Origin: Gemmatimonadaceae bacterium
Lineage (GTDB): Bacteria; Gemmatimonadota; Gemmatimonadetes; Gemmatimonadales; Gemmatimonadaceae
Direction: 5' to 3'
Assembly: GCA_033763905.1 (NCBI GenBank)
Contig: JANRJP010000094.1
Location: forward strand, 1-42,472
DNA length: 42,472 nt
Position numbers and translations under genes: made by a program. Positions 33,367-41,972 of this stretch are shown piece by piece. The notes beneath the pieces are model-generated. The model ran no database searches. It was not told the origin of the DNA and saw only the letters and a program-made list of their open reading frames with translations. The stretch's first letter is position 1. Each line of letters starts with the position of its first letter.

Positions 33367-35769
33367 TTACTGCACTTCGCAGGCCCCGCCCGCGCAGGCC
33401 ACCGTCTCCTTGAGCGACGTGTAGTCCGCGCCTTCGTTCATCAGCGAGTAGTCCACCGGCAGGTAGTTGAGCGTGTTCCACTTGGCCACGTCGGCGGCGG
33501 TGGTCACTTCCTCGTTCGGCGCCTGCGGGTAGTCCTTGTCGCCCGAGGCCGGCAGGATCGAAATACCGGTGAACGATTCACGGTTCTCCCAGATGAAGTC
33601 GGCCACGGCTTCCCACTCGCCGTCGCGCACGGTGACCGTGTTCGACACGTTGTGGCGGAGCCCCGGGTTGTACTTCTCGTGCGCCGTGCCGGGCACGACC
33701 CAGTTCTGCTGGACGAGCTTCACCATCTCGAGGAACTGCACGCCGCCGATGTCCTTCTTGAGGATCGCCCCTTCCGGCGCCTCGATCGGGAACGTGATGA
33801 CGTCGGTCGTGTCGGCCTTCATTCCGTACACTTCCGTCATCTGCGGGTTGTACATCTTGAAGAACTGGTACACCGGCTCGGTGCGGGCGGCCTGCACACG
33901 ACGGAAGTAGCGCTTCGCGTGGTGCGGGTGAATGCCCGACGCCGTGCCCAGGAGCAGCGACGCGGTGCCTTCCGGCTTCACGCAGGTCACGCGAGCCGCC
34001 GGCGAGATGCCGATCGTCTCGGCCACCGCGCGGTTCGCCATCACGCACACTTCCGCCCCCTTCCGCAGGACTTCCGGATTGAGCAGCACGTCGGGGCGAT
34101 CCAGAATGCCGCAGATCGACACGCCGAGCAGCGCCTCACGCTCGTTGATGACGCGCGTGACCGGGCCCAGGTAGGCCATCTCGGTGTACGAGGCCTGCAG
34201 GGTGCCGATCACCGTCGCGACTTCGCAGAGCTCGTAGAACTTCTGCGGCGTCGTGCAAGCGCGGCCGTTGATCGTGCTCAGGTTGCAGTGCTGCCAGCCC
34301 GAGATCACGTCGCCCTCGGCGATCGGCTGATTGAAGCCGTACGCGCGGAGCTTCGAGATCGTCGTTTCGTCGACCGTGAGCGTCGGCATCAGGCCGATCT
34401 CCACGCACGGGTTGGCGCCGTACTCCTCGTTCTCGGTGAAGTAAAAGCCCGGCTCGCCGAACTGGCGAATCGCCTCGAACAGCGCCTGGAACTCGCTGCG
34501 CGTCGCCTTGCTGCGCACGAGCATCGCCGAGTTGTTCGAGTGCTGGCGCTGCGGATTCGTGCGCCACCAGTCACCGGTCTTGGCGTTCGCCATCTCTTCG
34601 TCGTCGGCCGAGAAGAGCGCGATCGTCGCCGAGCGACGAATGCCACCCGAAATCACCGCCGAGGCCGCATACATCAGGATGTCGTACGCCTCGATCGGGC
34701 GCATCTTGCGGCCCTGGATCTGGTCGAGCGTGGCGCGGATCTTCTCCATCGCCTTCTTGAGCGGCTGGTGCCCGGGGGCACGACCGCCCGACGTGCGCAG
34801 CACCGAGCCCTTGGCGCGAATCGCCGAGTAGTCGAACTCGCAGTAGGTGCCGTCGAAGTAGCTCTGGAAGAGCGCGCCCAGCGCGTCCGCCCAGCCTTCG
34901 ATCGTGTCGGCAATGCGGTGGTGGGCCACCGGCAGATCGTCGTTCGGCTTGCGCATCGGGAACGACGGCAGCTTGGCGACGTGGTGCGTCTGCACCGAGA
35001 AGCCCACACCCGTGCCCGAGAGCAGGAGCCACAGCGCCTGCGGGAACTTCTCGATTGCGTCGATGTGCCCGAAGGTGCAGTTGTACATCCGGGCGTTGTT
35101 GACCTGAATCGCGGTGCCGCCGAACTGCATCGAACGCATCGACGGCAAGGCCTGACGGTCGCGCACCGCCGCCTCGGCTTCGTCGATCAACGTGCCGAGC
35201 GTCTTGTCGAGCCCGAAGACTTCGCGATCGAGCACCGTGATGAAGCGGGTGCGGTGCATATCGAACACGCGCTTGGCCGCTTCCGGCCAGAGCTCGCGGC
35301 GACCCAGATCTTCGCGCCAACGCGCGTACTTCGACATCGCGATGTAGTCGCTGATGCCGACATCGCCGTGCCGCGCAATGCGCGCCTCGGACTTCTTCGC
35401 GCGATACAGGACGTAGCCCTTGGCCACGTCGAAGTGCCCGGCGCCCGCGATCATCAGCTCGACGATGTCCTGGATCTGCTCGACCGTTGGCGTGTCGCCA
35501 CGCGCCACACGCAGGTCGATGGTGTTGATCACCATCGCCGCGATGCGCAGCACCTCGGCGTGATCCTGCACCGAGAGGCCGTAGCGCAGCGCGGCGTCCG
35601 CCGCGTGCGGGTTCGTCGCGCCCTTGTTGCGGTGCGCGTAGAACGCCAGGGCGATCGCCCGGACGATGCGTTCCGGCTCCCAACTCGCCCGACGCCCGTC
35701 CCGCTTGATGACCGTAATGTCGCGCGGCAGCACCGCGGCGGGCGTTTCGAAGGGGAGCAGCGAACTCAT
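33367..35769 (-). CDS. nrdJ: Class II ribonucleotide reductase, monomeric/RTPR-like type, with N-terminal ATP-cone
   Basis: ATP-cone VIKRDG...VEQIQDIVE...AKGYVLYR; LPSMRSMQFGG, RMYNC, GTGVGFSV, GGRAPG, GGIRRSA, NPCVEI, CNL, TCVKPEGT, C-terminal CAGGAC. ATG at 35769 with a GAGG SD. Confidence 0.88.
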   Translation of the reverse strand: MSSLLPFETPAAVLPRDITVIKRDGRRASWEPERIVRAIALAFYAHRNKGATNPHAADAALRYGLSVQDHAEVLRIAAMVINTIDLRVARGDTPTVEQIQDIVELMIAGAGHFDVAKGYVLYRAKKSEARIARHGDVGISDYIAMSKYARWREDLGRRELWPEAAKRVFDMHRTRFITVLDREVFGLDKTLGTLIDEAEAAVRDRQALPSMRSMQFGGTAIQVNNARMYNCTFGHIDAIEKFPQALWLLLSGTGVGFSVQTHHVAKLPSFPMRKPNDDLPVAHHRIADTIEGWADALGALFQSYFDGTYCEFDYSAIRAKGSVLRTSGGRAPGHQPLKKAMEKIRATLDQIQGRKMRPIEAYDILMYAASAVISGGIRRSATIALFSADDEEMANAKTGDWWRTNPQRQHSNNSAMLVRSKATRSEFQALFEAIRQFGEPGFYFTENEEYGANPCVEIGLMPTLTVDETTISKLRAYGFNQPIAEGDVISGWQHCNLSTINGRACTTPQKFYELCEVATVIGTLQASYTEMAYLGPVTRVINEREALLGVSICGILDRPDVLLNPEVLRKGAEVCVMANRAVAETIGISPAARVTCVKPEGTASLLLGTASGIHPHHAKRYFRRVQAARTEPVYQFFKMYNPQMTEVYGMKADTTDVITFPIEAPEGAILKKDIGGVQFLEMVKLVQQNWVVPGTAHEKYNPGLRHNVSNTVTVRDGEWEAVADFIWENRESFTGISILPASGDKDYPQAPNEEVTTAADVAKWNTLNYLPVDYSLMNEGADYTSLKETVACAGGACEVQ

Positions 35770-35806
35770 CGGACGGATTCCTCGGGGGGCGTTGATCGTC
35801 GTTCCA

Positions 35807-35849
35807 GCCACCGACTTGCTTCGCGGGAGCGAGCAAGTCACTTGGTGGC
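35807..35849 (-). promoter_or_regulatory. 5'-leader hairpin of the monomeric-type RNR
   Basis: mRNA sense GCCACC-aagt-GACTTGCT-CGC-tccc-GCG-a-AGCAAGTC-GGTGGC, lying between the predicted -10 and the SD. Confidence 0.55.
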
Positions 35850-35857
35850 GGGCGATC

Positions 35858-35886
35858 ATCGTACCCGTGTGCGTGAATCCGCGCAA
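35858..35886 (-). promoter_or_regulatory. Putative sigma70-type promoter of the monomeric-type RNR
   Basis: Minus strand TTGCGC-17 nt-TACGAT. Confidence 0.6.
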
Positions 35887-35893
35887 CTCTTTG

Positions 35894-35922
35894 CGTAAAT
35901 CGCACAATTGCAACGACTTACG
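35894..35922. repeat. 29-bp imperfect dyad (copy 1)
   Basis: CGTAAATCGCAC-AATTG-CAACGACTTACG, directly upstream of the -35 box. Confidence 0.5.
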
Positions 35923-36004
35923 GTATCAACATCACGTTGCTGTCACATCAGGCAAGTTTCCCCAATCGACCCAAACAGCACCGCTGACACCACGGCGACA
36001 CACG

Positions 36005-36033
36005 CCCAACTCCTTGCTCGACAACCGCTTGCG
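36005..36033. repeat. 29-bp imperfect dyad (copy 2, degenerate)
   Basis: CCCAACTCCTTG-CTCGA-CAACCGCTTGCG, same spacing as copy 1. Confidence 0.35.
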
Positions 36034-36136
36034 GAGCACCCCACGCAGCCGGTCCTAACGACTTTCAGGACAAGCGGACACCAGCCCGACACCACTCGCC
36101 ACAAACTGACCGATTGGCCAGAAATTGGCCGCCAGA

Positions 36137-38062
36137 TCAGCCGCCACCCTCGGGAGGGGCTGCCAAAGACCGGAAATACCCCTCGAGACCCTCCAGAATG
36201 CCGCGCGCGTACGCCTCCTGGAACGCCGGCATCCGCAGCCAGGCCTCGTGCGTCGGCAGCATGATGTACGCCCCCTCGGTCAGCACCGAGGGCATCCAGG
36301 GATTGCGCACCACCGCCAGGTTGTCGAAGAACGTGCCTTCGTCGAACAAGCCGAGGTGCCGCACCAAGCCCGACTGCACCGCCCGCGCCAGCGGCGAGGA
36401 TGGTGCGTGGAACCAATAGGTGCCGGTGCCCAGTCGCCCAGACAACGGATTGATGCCGTCGGGCAACGCGTTCAGGTGGATCGACACCAGCGCGTGCGCA
36501 TTGGCTCGACGGCCGATCAAGGCGCGCTGATCCAGCGCCAGCGGCGCATCGGTCGTGCGCGTGAGCAGCACCCGCGCCCCACGCGCTTCGAGCATTGGCA
36601 CCAGCCGCTCGGCTACTTCACGCACCGGCGTCGGCTCGTAGAGCCCCGTCGGGCCGGTGCTGCCCGCCGGCGGGTGTCCGGGGTCCACCGCGATCGACAG
36701 CCCCTCCAAGGGGCGCGCTGCGGTCACTGTGGGGGGACGCCGCACCCGCAGCACGAGCGAACTCCCCTGCCAGAACACCTGCCACCCATAGGCGGGACGC
36801 GCGAGGTGCAGCACGAACCGCGTGCGGTCGCTCGCGTCCTGCCACGCCGTCACCTGCTCGATCACCCCGCTGCTGCCGGCGCGGTGGCCGAGGATATCGG
36901 TGCTCCCCGTCGTCCCGTAGAGCGTCAGGATCAGGCGCCGCCCATCGGGCTCCACCCGGTACGCGGGCCGCTCCCCGACCGGAATCACCAGATCCGCCCA
37001 CAGTGAATCGGCGAGCACCCGCGCATTCCCCGCCACGCGCCTCGGCGACACCGCACCGACCGGCAACGCCACCGCGTCATCGGCCGACACCCACACCTCG
37101 AGCTGCGAGTCGAGCCGCACCCGCAACGCGTTACCCTGCCGACCGGTCACCGGCAGAATGGTCCCCGGCAACAGGAACCACGAATACGTCCCGCTCGGCG
37201 TCGGCCGCGCAATCACCACCCGTTCCGAATCGTCCGCCGACGCCCCCTGCGGCACCAACTGCACCAGCGCCGGCAACACGGAATCGGCCAGCGCGAGCGG
37301 CCCGACCGCTGCGCGCACCGTGTCCCGCCCGCGAGCGACCAGCAAGGTCGCCGCGCGGGTCAGCCGGCCCGCCGCGACCTCGGTCTGAAACGACCGCGCA
37401 TCGCCGCGACCATTCTGGCCATTCACCGCCGTCCGCGCCGCGCCGGATACCAACGGCACGACCACCGAATCGGCCAGCCGCAGCGACACCGTCGCGCGTT
37501 CCGAGGTCCGCAGGCCCACGCGCACCGTCTCGTCGGCTCGGTACGCCGCACGCGCGCCAGCGCCGGCGAAGACACTCCCCGGTTCGATCGCCAACTTGCC
37601 GGTGTCCACCACGACCACCCGCGGCGCCGGCGGTCGCACGGTGTGCTTGGCGCGCACGGTATCCGCGCCCAACACCGCGACCAGTTCGTAGCTCGCCGGT
37701 GTCCCCGGGGGCACCGGCAACCAGCCCAGAAACGCACCGTTCGGCTCGACCGGCACCGGTGCGCCGTTGATCGTAAGCGTGGCCCCGCCGTGCCCGATCG
37801 AGCCGAAGATGAAATTCGTATCCCGCGCCGAGATCTCGGCGTTGGGCTTGGGGTAGATCACGCGAATCTGGAGGGGCCCCGCCACCAGCGCGGGCTTGGG
37901 CCATTCGGGCGCGGCGGCTGGCGGCGTTACCCCGGGGACGCCCGCCGCAGCGGGCGTGGCAGCGACGGGGGCCGGCGCCGGGCGCGGCGTCGACGGCGCG
38001 GCGCAGGCCGCGGCACACAGCGCCAAGATCGGCGTGCAGGATGTGATGCGGAACACAGGCAT
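36137..38062 (-). CDS. N-acetylmuramoyl-L-alanine amidase (Amidase_3), probable lipoprotein
   Basis: IAVDPGH, GLYE, LLTR, LVSIHLNA, NLAVVR, PSVLTE; lipobox-like CAAAC. ATG at 38062. Confidence 0.9.
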   Translation of the reverse strand: MPVFRITSCTPILALCAAACAAPSTPRPAPAPVAATPAAAGVPGVTPPAAAPEWPKPALVAGPLQIRVIYPKPNAEISARDTNFIFGSIGHGGATLTINGAPVPVEPNGAFLGWLPVPPGTPASYELVAVLGADTVRAKHTVRPPAPRVVVVDTGKLAIEPGSVFAGAGARAAYRADETVRVGLRTSERATVSLRLADSVVVPLVSGAARTAVNGQNGRGDARSFQTEVAAGRLTRAATLLVARGRDTVRAAVGPLALADSVLPALVQLVPQGASADDSERVVIARPTPSGTYSWFLLPGTILPVTGRQGNALRVRLDSQLEVWVSADDAVALPVGAVSPRRVAGNARVLADSLWADLVIPVGERPAYRVEPDGRRLILTLYGTTGSTDILGHRAGSSGVIEQVTAWQDASDRTRFVLHLARPAYGWQVFWQGSSLVLRVRRPPTVTAARPLEGLSIAVDPGHPPAGSTGPTGLYEPTPVREVAERLVPMLEARGARVLLTRTTDAPLALDQRALIGRRANAHALVSIHLNALPDGINPLSGRLGTGTYWFHAPSSPLARAVQSGLVRHLGLFDEGTFFDNLAVVRNPWMPSVLTEGAYIMLPTHEAWLRMPAFQEAYARGILEGLEGYFRSLAAPPEGGG

Positions 38063-38179
38063 CGGGGCAACGTAAGGTGGCTGGCGGGCCCGACGGGAGC
38101 GTCTGCGCCCTGCCACGGCAACGGGCCGCCAAGTTCCGCGAATGCGTTGCCCCACCCCGTCGCCACGCGTCAGATTGTG

Positions 38180-39199
38180 ATGCCAATGCCCTGCCAATTT
38201 TGCGGTCGGCAGAACGACGATGACGCGGTGGCCTGTCGCGACTGCGGCAAGCCGTTGCGCCCATCGGCAGCGCGCGTGCAAGCTGCCATCAGCTCGCCGG
38301 GTTCGCCCCGGGCCTCTGCGGCCGCCGCCGCTGGCGCCGCCGCCGCCTCGGGGCGAACATCCCCACCGGTGGATGGGCGCCCGAACGTGCCGATCCGCGC
38401 GTCGTCTTCTTCTGCTCCAACCCCCGTGGCCGCCTGCTCCACCTGCGGTAAGCCGGTCGATCCCTCGCTCCCGTTCTGCCCGCACTGCGGTGCTCGGGTG
38501 CAGGCCGCCACGCGTCCATCGGGCACGGCGGTGCTCTCGGCGGCCTCTCGGGTCGTTGGCCCGAAGCTGGCCCTGCTCGATGACGACGGCAGTGTCATTC
38601 GGACCGTGACGCTCGATCGCGCCGAGACCGTGATCGGGCGCGCCGACGCCGACATCGTCTTCGCCGACGATGTCTTCCTCTCCCCTGTCCACGCGCAGTT
38701 CACCTGGCGCGAGGGGCACTTGTCGGTCCGCGATCTGGGCTCGCGCAACGGCACCTGGCTGTTCGTCGAGCAACCGGTACGCCTCACCGATGGCGACGTG
38801 ATGCTGATCGGTTCGCAGCTCGTGCGGTTCCGCCGGCTGGGCTACCCGGGCCCGCACCCGCCGGAAGCCGACCAGACGCGTCGACTGGGCTCGCTCATTC
38901 CCACCGCCGACGTGGCGGTGCTCGCGCAGCTGCGCGGCGACGGCTCCACCCGCGATACGCTGCACCTCTCACCGGGCCGCAGCGTGAAGGTGGGCCGCGT
39001 CGAAGGGGACTGGGTATTTCCGTACGATCAGACGATGAGTTCTCGCCACGCCGAGATCACCTCGGTGGACGGCGACTTCTATCTGCAGGACCAGGGAAGC
39101 CGGAACGGGGTCGCACTGAGCGTCCGCGGCGAACGCGCGGTGATCGCCGGACAACGGGTGCTGATGGGCGACCAGCTGTTCCGGGTGGAGAGTCTGTGA
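38180..39199 (+). CDS. Zinc-ribbon plus tandem FHA domain protein
   Basis: CQFC..CRDC and CSTC..CPHC; FHA1 IGR...SPVHA...SRNGT; FHA2 VGR...SSRHA...SRNG. Confidence 0.88.
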   Translation: MPMPCQFCGRQNDDDAVACRDCGKPLRPSAARVQAAISSPGSPRASAAAAAGAAAASGRTSPPVDGRPNVPIRASSSSAPTPVAACSTCGKPVDPSLPFCPHCGARVQAATRPSGTAVLSAASRVVGPKLALLDDDGSVIRTVTLDRAETVIGRADADIVFADDVFLSPVHAQFTWREGHLSVRDLGSRNGTWLFVEQPVRLTDGDVMLIGSQLVRFRRLGYPGPHPPEADQTRRLGSLIPTADVAVLAQLRGDGSTRDTLHLSPGRSVKVGRVEGDWVFPYDQTMSSRHAEITSVDGDFYLQDQGSRNGVALSVRGERAVIAGQRVLMGDQLFRVESL

Positions 39200-40869
39200 G
39201 TCAGATGAAGGTGTGCCCGCAGTGCGGCAACGAGTACGAGCTCGACCAGCGCTTCTGTCCGCGCGACGGCAGCGCGTTGCGGAGTCCGAGCGCGTCGTCC
39301 GACCTCGTCGGGCAGGTGATCGCCGAGCGCTATCACGTGATGAAGAAGCTTGGCGAAGGCGGGATGGGTCAGGTGTATCTGGCCGAGCACGTGAAGATGG
39401 GGCGCAAGAGTGCGGTGAAGGTGATGCACTCGTCGATGAACGCCGATCCCGATGCGGTCTCGCGCTTCAATCGCGAAGCGTCGAACGCCTCGCGGATCAA
39501 CCACCCGAACGTCTGCGCGATCTACGATTTCGGCGAGACGCCGGAAGGCGTGATCTACCTCGCGATGGAGTTCATCGAGGGGAAGCCGCTCACCGACATC
39601 ATCGAGGAGGCGGGCGCACTCCCGCCGGCCCGCGCCGGCGAGATCACCCGCCAGGCCGCCGACGCACTGACGGTGGCGCACGATCTGGGGATCGTGCATC
39701 GCGACTTGAAGCCCGACAACATTATGGTGACCCGCACCCGCGAAGGGGCGGATCTCGTGAAGGTCGTGGACTTCGGCATCGCCAAGGCCGGCAACAACGA
39801 GGCGCAGAAGGTCACCAAGACCGGACTCGTCGTTGGCACGCCGGAGTATATGAGCCCCGAGCAGCTCGCCGGCGACAAGCTCGACGGGCGAAGCGACCTC
39901 TACTCCCTCGGCCTCGTCACGTACAACTGCCTCACCGGCACGTTGCCGTTCAAGAGCGAATCGGCGCAGGAAGCGATGATTATGCGCCTCACCGATTCGC
40001 CACGTCCGTTGGCCACGGTGCGTCCGGACATCGCGTGGCCGGCGTCGCTCCAGGCGGTGATGGATCGGGTGCTCGCGCGCGATGCGCGCGACCGCTACGC
40101 CACCGCGTCGGAGTACGCGCGCGACCTCGTGCGCGCGATTGCCGAAATGCCGCAGGACGCCGGCGCCGATGCGGGCACGATGGTAATGGCCGCGCCGGGC
40201 AAAGTCGCCAGCGCCACGGCGGCGCCGACCGCCGCCATTCCCGCGACCCGCGTGGCCTCCGCCGCGGATCGCAAGTCGCCGGCTCCTGCGGCGGCCGCTG
40301 CGCCCGCCGCACCGCCGCCGACCAAGTCCAGCCCGATGCCGATGATCGTCGGCGCGGTCGTCTTGGTGGGTGCGATCGGGGGCTACTTCGCGCTCAAGGG
40401 CGGTGATGCGCCCGCCGCGGTGTCGGCCACCACGCCGCCAGTGGCCGCCGCGACGACCCCATCGTCGGAGCCGAACCCGAGCGCAACGTCGACGGGCGCG
40501 CCGGGCAACGCACCGGGCGGCGGGTCGACCAAAACGCCGGAGCCGTCTGGCGCTCCGAGCGGTTTGGCGACACCGTCAAGTAACACGGCGGCGGTGGATG
40601 CCGAACTCGAGGCCATCGAAACGATGCTCGGGGACGGTGTGCCGCAGCCGGAAACCGCCAAGAAAGTGCTAGGACGCCTCGAATCCATTGCGCCGAAATT
40701 GACGACCAAACAGCAACGTGCCGATGCGGCGTACTTCAAGGCGCAAGCCTACTTCGCGCTGGAAGACCAAGCGCTCGGGTGTGGCGCCGTGAAGGCCGGC
40801 CTCAAGGTCGCCAGCGGGACGAACAAGGCGGGCGCGCTCGAAGCGCTGAACGCTGGGGCGTGCCAGTGA
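39196..40869 (+). CDS. Hanks-type Ser/Thr protein kinase, membrane-anchored, with N-terminal Zn ribbon
   Basis: LGEGGMGQVY, AVK, HRDLKPDN, DFG, GTPEYMSPEQ, DLYSLG; CPQC...CPRD; one TM (MIVGAVVLVGAIGGYFAL). Confidence 0.95.
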   Translation: MSQMKVCPQCGNEYELDQRFCPRDGSALRSPSASSDLVGQVIAERYHVMKKLGEGGMGQVYLAEHVKMGRKSAVKVMHSSMNADPDAVSRFNREASNASRINHPNVCAIYDFGETPEGVIYLAMEFIEGKPLTDIIEEAGALPPARAGEITRQAADALTVAHDLGIVHRDLKPDNIMVTRTREGADLVKVVDFGIAKAGNNEAQKVTKTGLVVGTPEYMSPEQLAGDKLDGRSDLYSLGLVTYNCLTGTLPFKSESAQEAMIMRLTDSPRPLATVRPDIAWPASLQAVMDRVLARDARDRYATASEYARDLVRAIAEMPQDAGADAGTMVMAAPGKVASATAAPTAAIPATRVASAADRKSPAPAAAAAPAAPPPTKSSPMPMIVGAVVLVGAIGGYFALKGGDAPAAVSATTPPVAAATTPSSEPNPSATSTGAPGNAPGGGSTKTPEPSGAPSGLATPSSNTAAVDAELEAIETMLGDGVPQPETAKKVLGRLESIAPKLTTKQQRADAAYFKAQAYFALEDQALGCGAVKAGLKVASGTNKAGALEALNAGACQ

Positions 40870-41972
40870 GCGCCATCATCGTCCACGTCTTCGGCCGCAC
40901 CGACGTCGGTCGCACGCGCGAGCACAACGAAGACGCCTTCGTCGTCGCCGATCTCACGCGCGACAACGCGACACTGCAGCCCGAAGTGCGCACGCACGAT
41001 CTGGGGCCGCGCGGCACGCTCTTTATGGTGGCGGACGGGATGGGCGGCGCAGCCGCCGGTGAAGTCGCCAGCGCGATGGCGATCGAAACCGTCATCGAAG
41101 AAATGCGCGCCCGCTGGGCACAGAGCACCAGCACCGACCCGGAAGCCTTCGCCGCCGCCATTCGCGACGCCGGCTCGGCCGCCAACGCGCGCATCCACAA
41201 GTACGCCGGCGAACATCCCGAGCATCGTGGGATGGGCAGCACCGCCACGATCGCCGGTCTGCTGGGCGACCGCTTGTATGTCGCCCAAGTGGGCGACTCA
41301 CGCGCCTATCTCGTCCGCAACGGCGTCGCCTCGCAAATCACGAAAGACCAGTCGCTGGTCCAGAAGCTCGTCGAAGCCGGCGAACTCACCGCCGAAGAAG
41401 CCGAACTGTCCGAGCGGCGCAACATCATTCTGCAGGCGCTGGGCCCGGAAGCGCGGGTGAAGGTCGATCTCACGACGCAGCAGATCCGTCGTGGGGACAC
41501 GCTGGTGCTCTGCTCCGACGGCCTCAGCGGCCAAGTGAAGGCCGATGCGATCGCGGCCACGGTGCTCGCCGAGCCGGACTTGATGGCGTGCTGCAAGGCG
41601 CTGATCGACCTGGCCAACAACGCTGGCGGCCCCGACAACATCACGGTCATCGTGGCCCGTTTCGACGGGGATGGCTTGGCCGACGTCGAGGATCGTGACG
41701 CGGTCGGCCACCAGACGTTCCGCTTTAGCGGCTCCTCGCGCGACACGCTCTCGGTCGATCCCGACGCCGCCACGCCGCCCCTCGGCGTGCCGGCGATCGA
41801 GCCCCCGGGACGTCCCACCAAGCGCATCACGCCGCTCACGACGCCGCCGCTCGCCGAGGACCCGCCGCCACCGCCGGTGACGACCAAGCGCAACGCCGGA
41901 CCGCTGTATGCGCTCATCGCGACCGCCGGCGTCGTGCTCGCCGCCGTCTACGCCTTTCTGTACCGCAAGTGA
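40866..41972 (+). CDS. PP2C-type Ser/Thr phosphatase (Stp1/PrpC family) with C-terminal TM
   Basis: TDVGRTREHNED, VADGMGG, MGST, VGDSRAY, LCSDGL, GGPDNIT. GTG at 40866. Confidence 0.95.
   Translation: MSAIIVHVFGRTDVGRTREHNEDAFVVADLTRDNATLQPEVRTHDLGPRGTLFMVADGMGGAAAGEVASAMAIETVIEEMRARWAQSTSTDPEAFAAAIRDAGSAANARIHKYAGEHPEHRGMGSTATIAGLLGDRLYVAQVGDSRAYLVRNGVASQITKDQSLVQKLVEAGELTAEEAELSERRNIILQALGPEARVKVDLTTQQIRRGDTLVLCSDGLSGQVKADAIAATVLAEPDLMACCKALIDLANNAGGPDNITVIVARFDGDGLADVEDRDAVGHQTFRFSGSSRDTLSVDPDAATPPLGVPAIEPPGRPTKRITPLTTPPLAEDPPPPPVTTKRNAGPLYALIATAGVVLAAVYAFLYRK

Noticed and set aside
30689..35769. Inteins, introns or frameshifts in the RNR genes
   Set aside because: Both frames are continuous, of normal length, and lack C/S...HN-C/S/T intein ends or LAGLIDADG motifs.
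33316..35898. 860-aa plus-strand ORF, and similar long ORFs such as 31283-33235, 11417-13303, 28186-30006, 2422-3831 and 7101-8684
   Set aside because: Antisense shadows of well-supported genes. Arg/His/Gly-rich with no motifs, as expected from high GC3 codon bias.
35770..36136. Cobalamin riboswitch or canonical NrdR boxes upstream of the RNRs
   Set aside because: No B12-box or GGGAA...GCCACTG core, and no convincing acaCwAtATaTwGtgt match by eye. A covariance or PWM scan is needed to exclude them fully.
38063..38965. Long N-terminal extension of the amidase ORF in the track (also the extensions on tal, GT2, TIGR03545, YfiT, DsbA, MocA and both nrdJ)
   Set aside because: They overlap neighbouring genes, terminators or promoters. 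Internal starts fit signal peptides, SD sites or stop-start coupling better.
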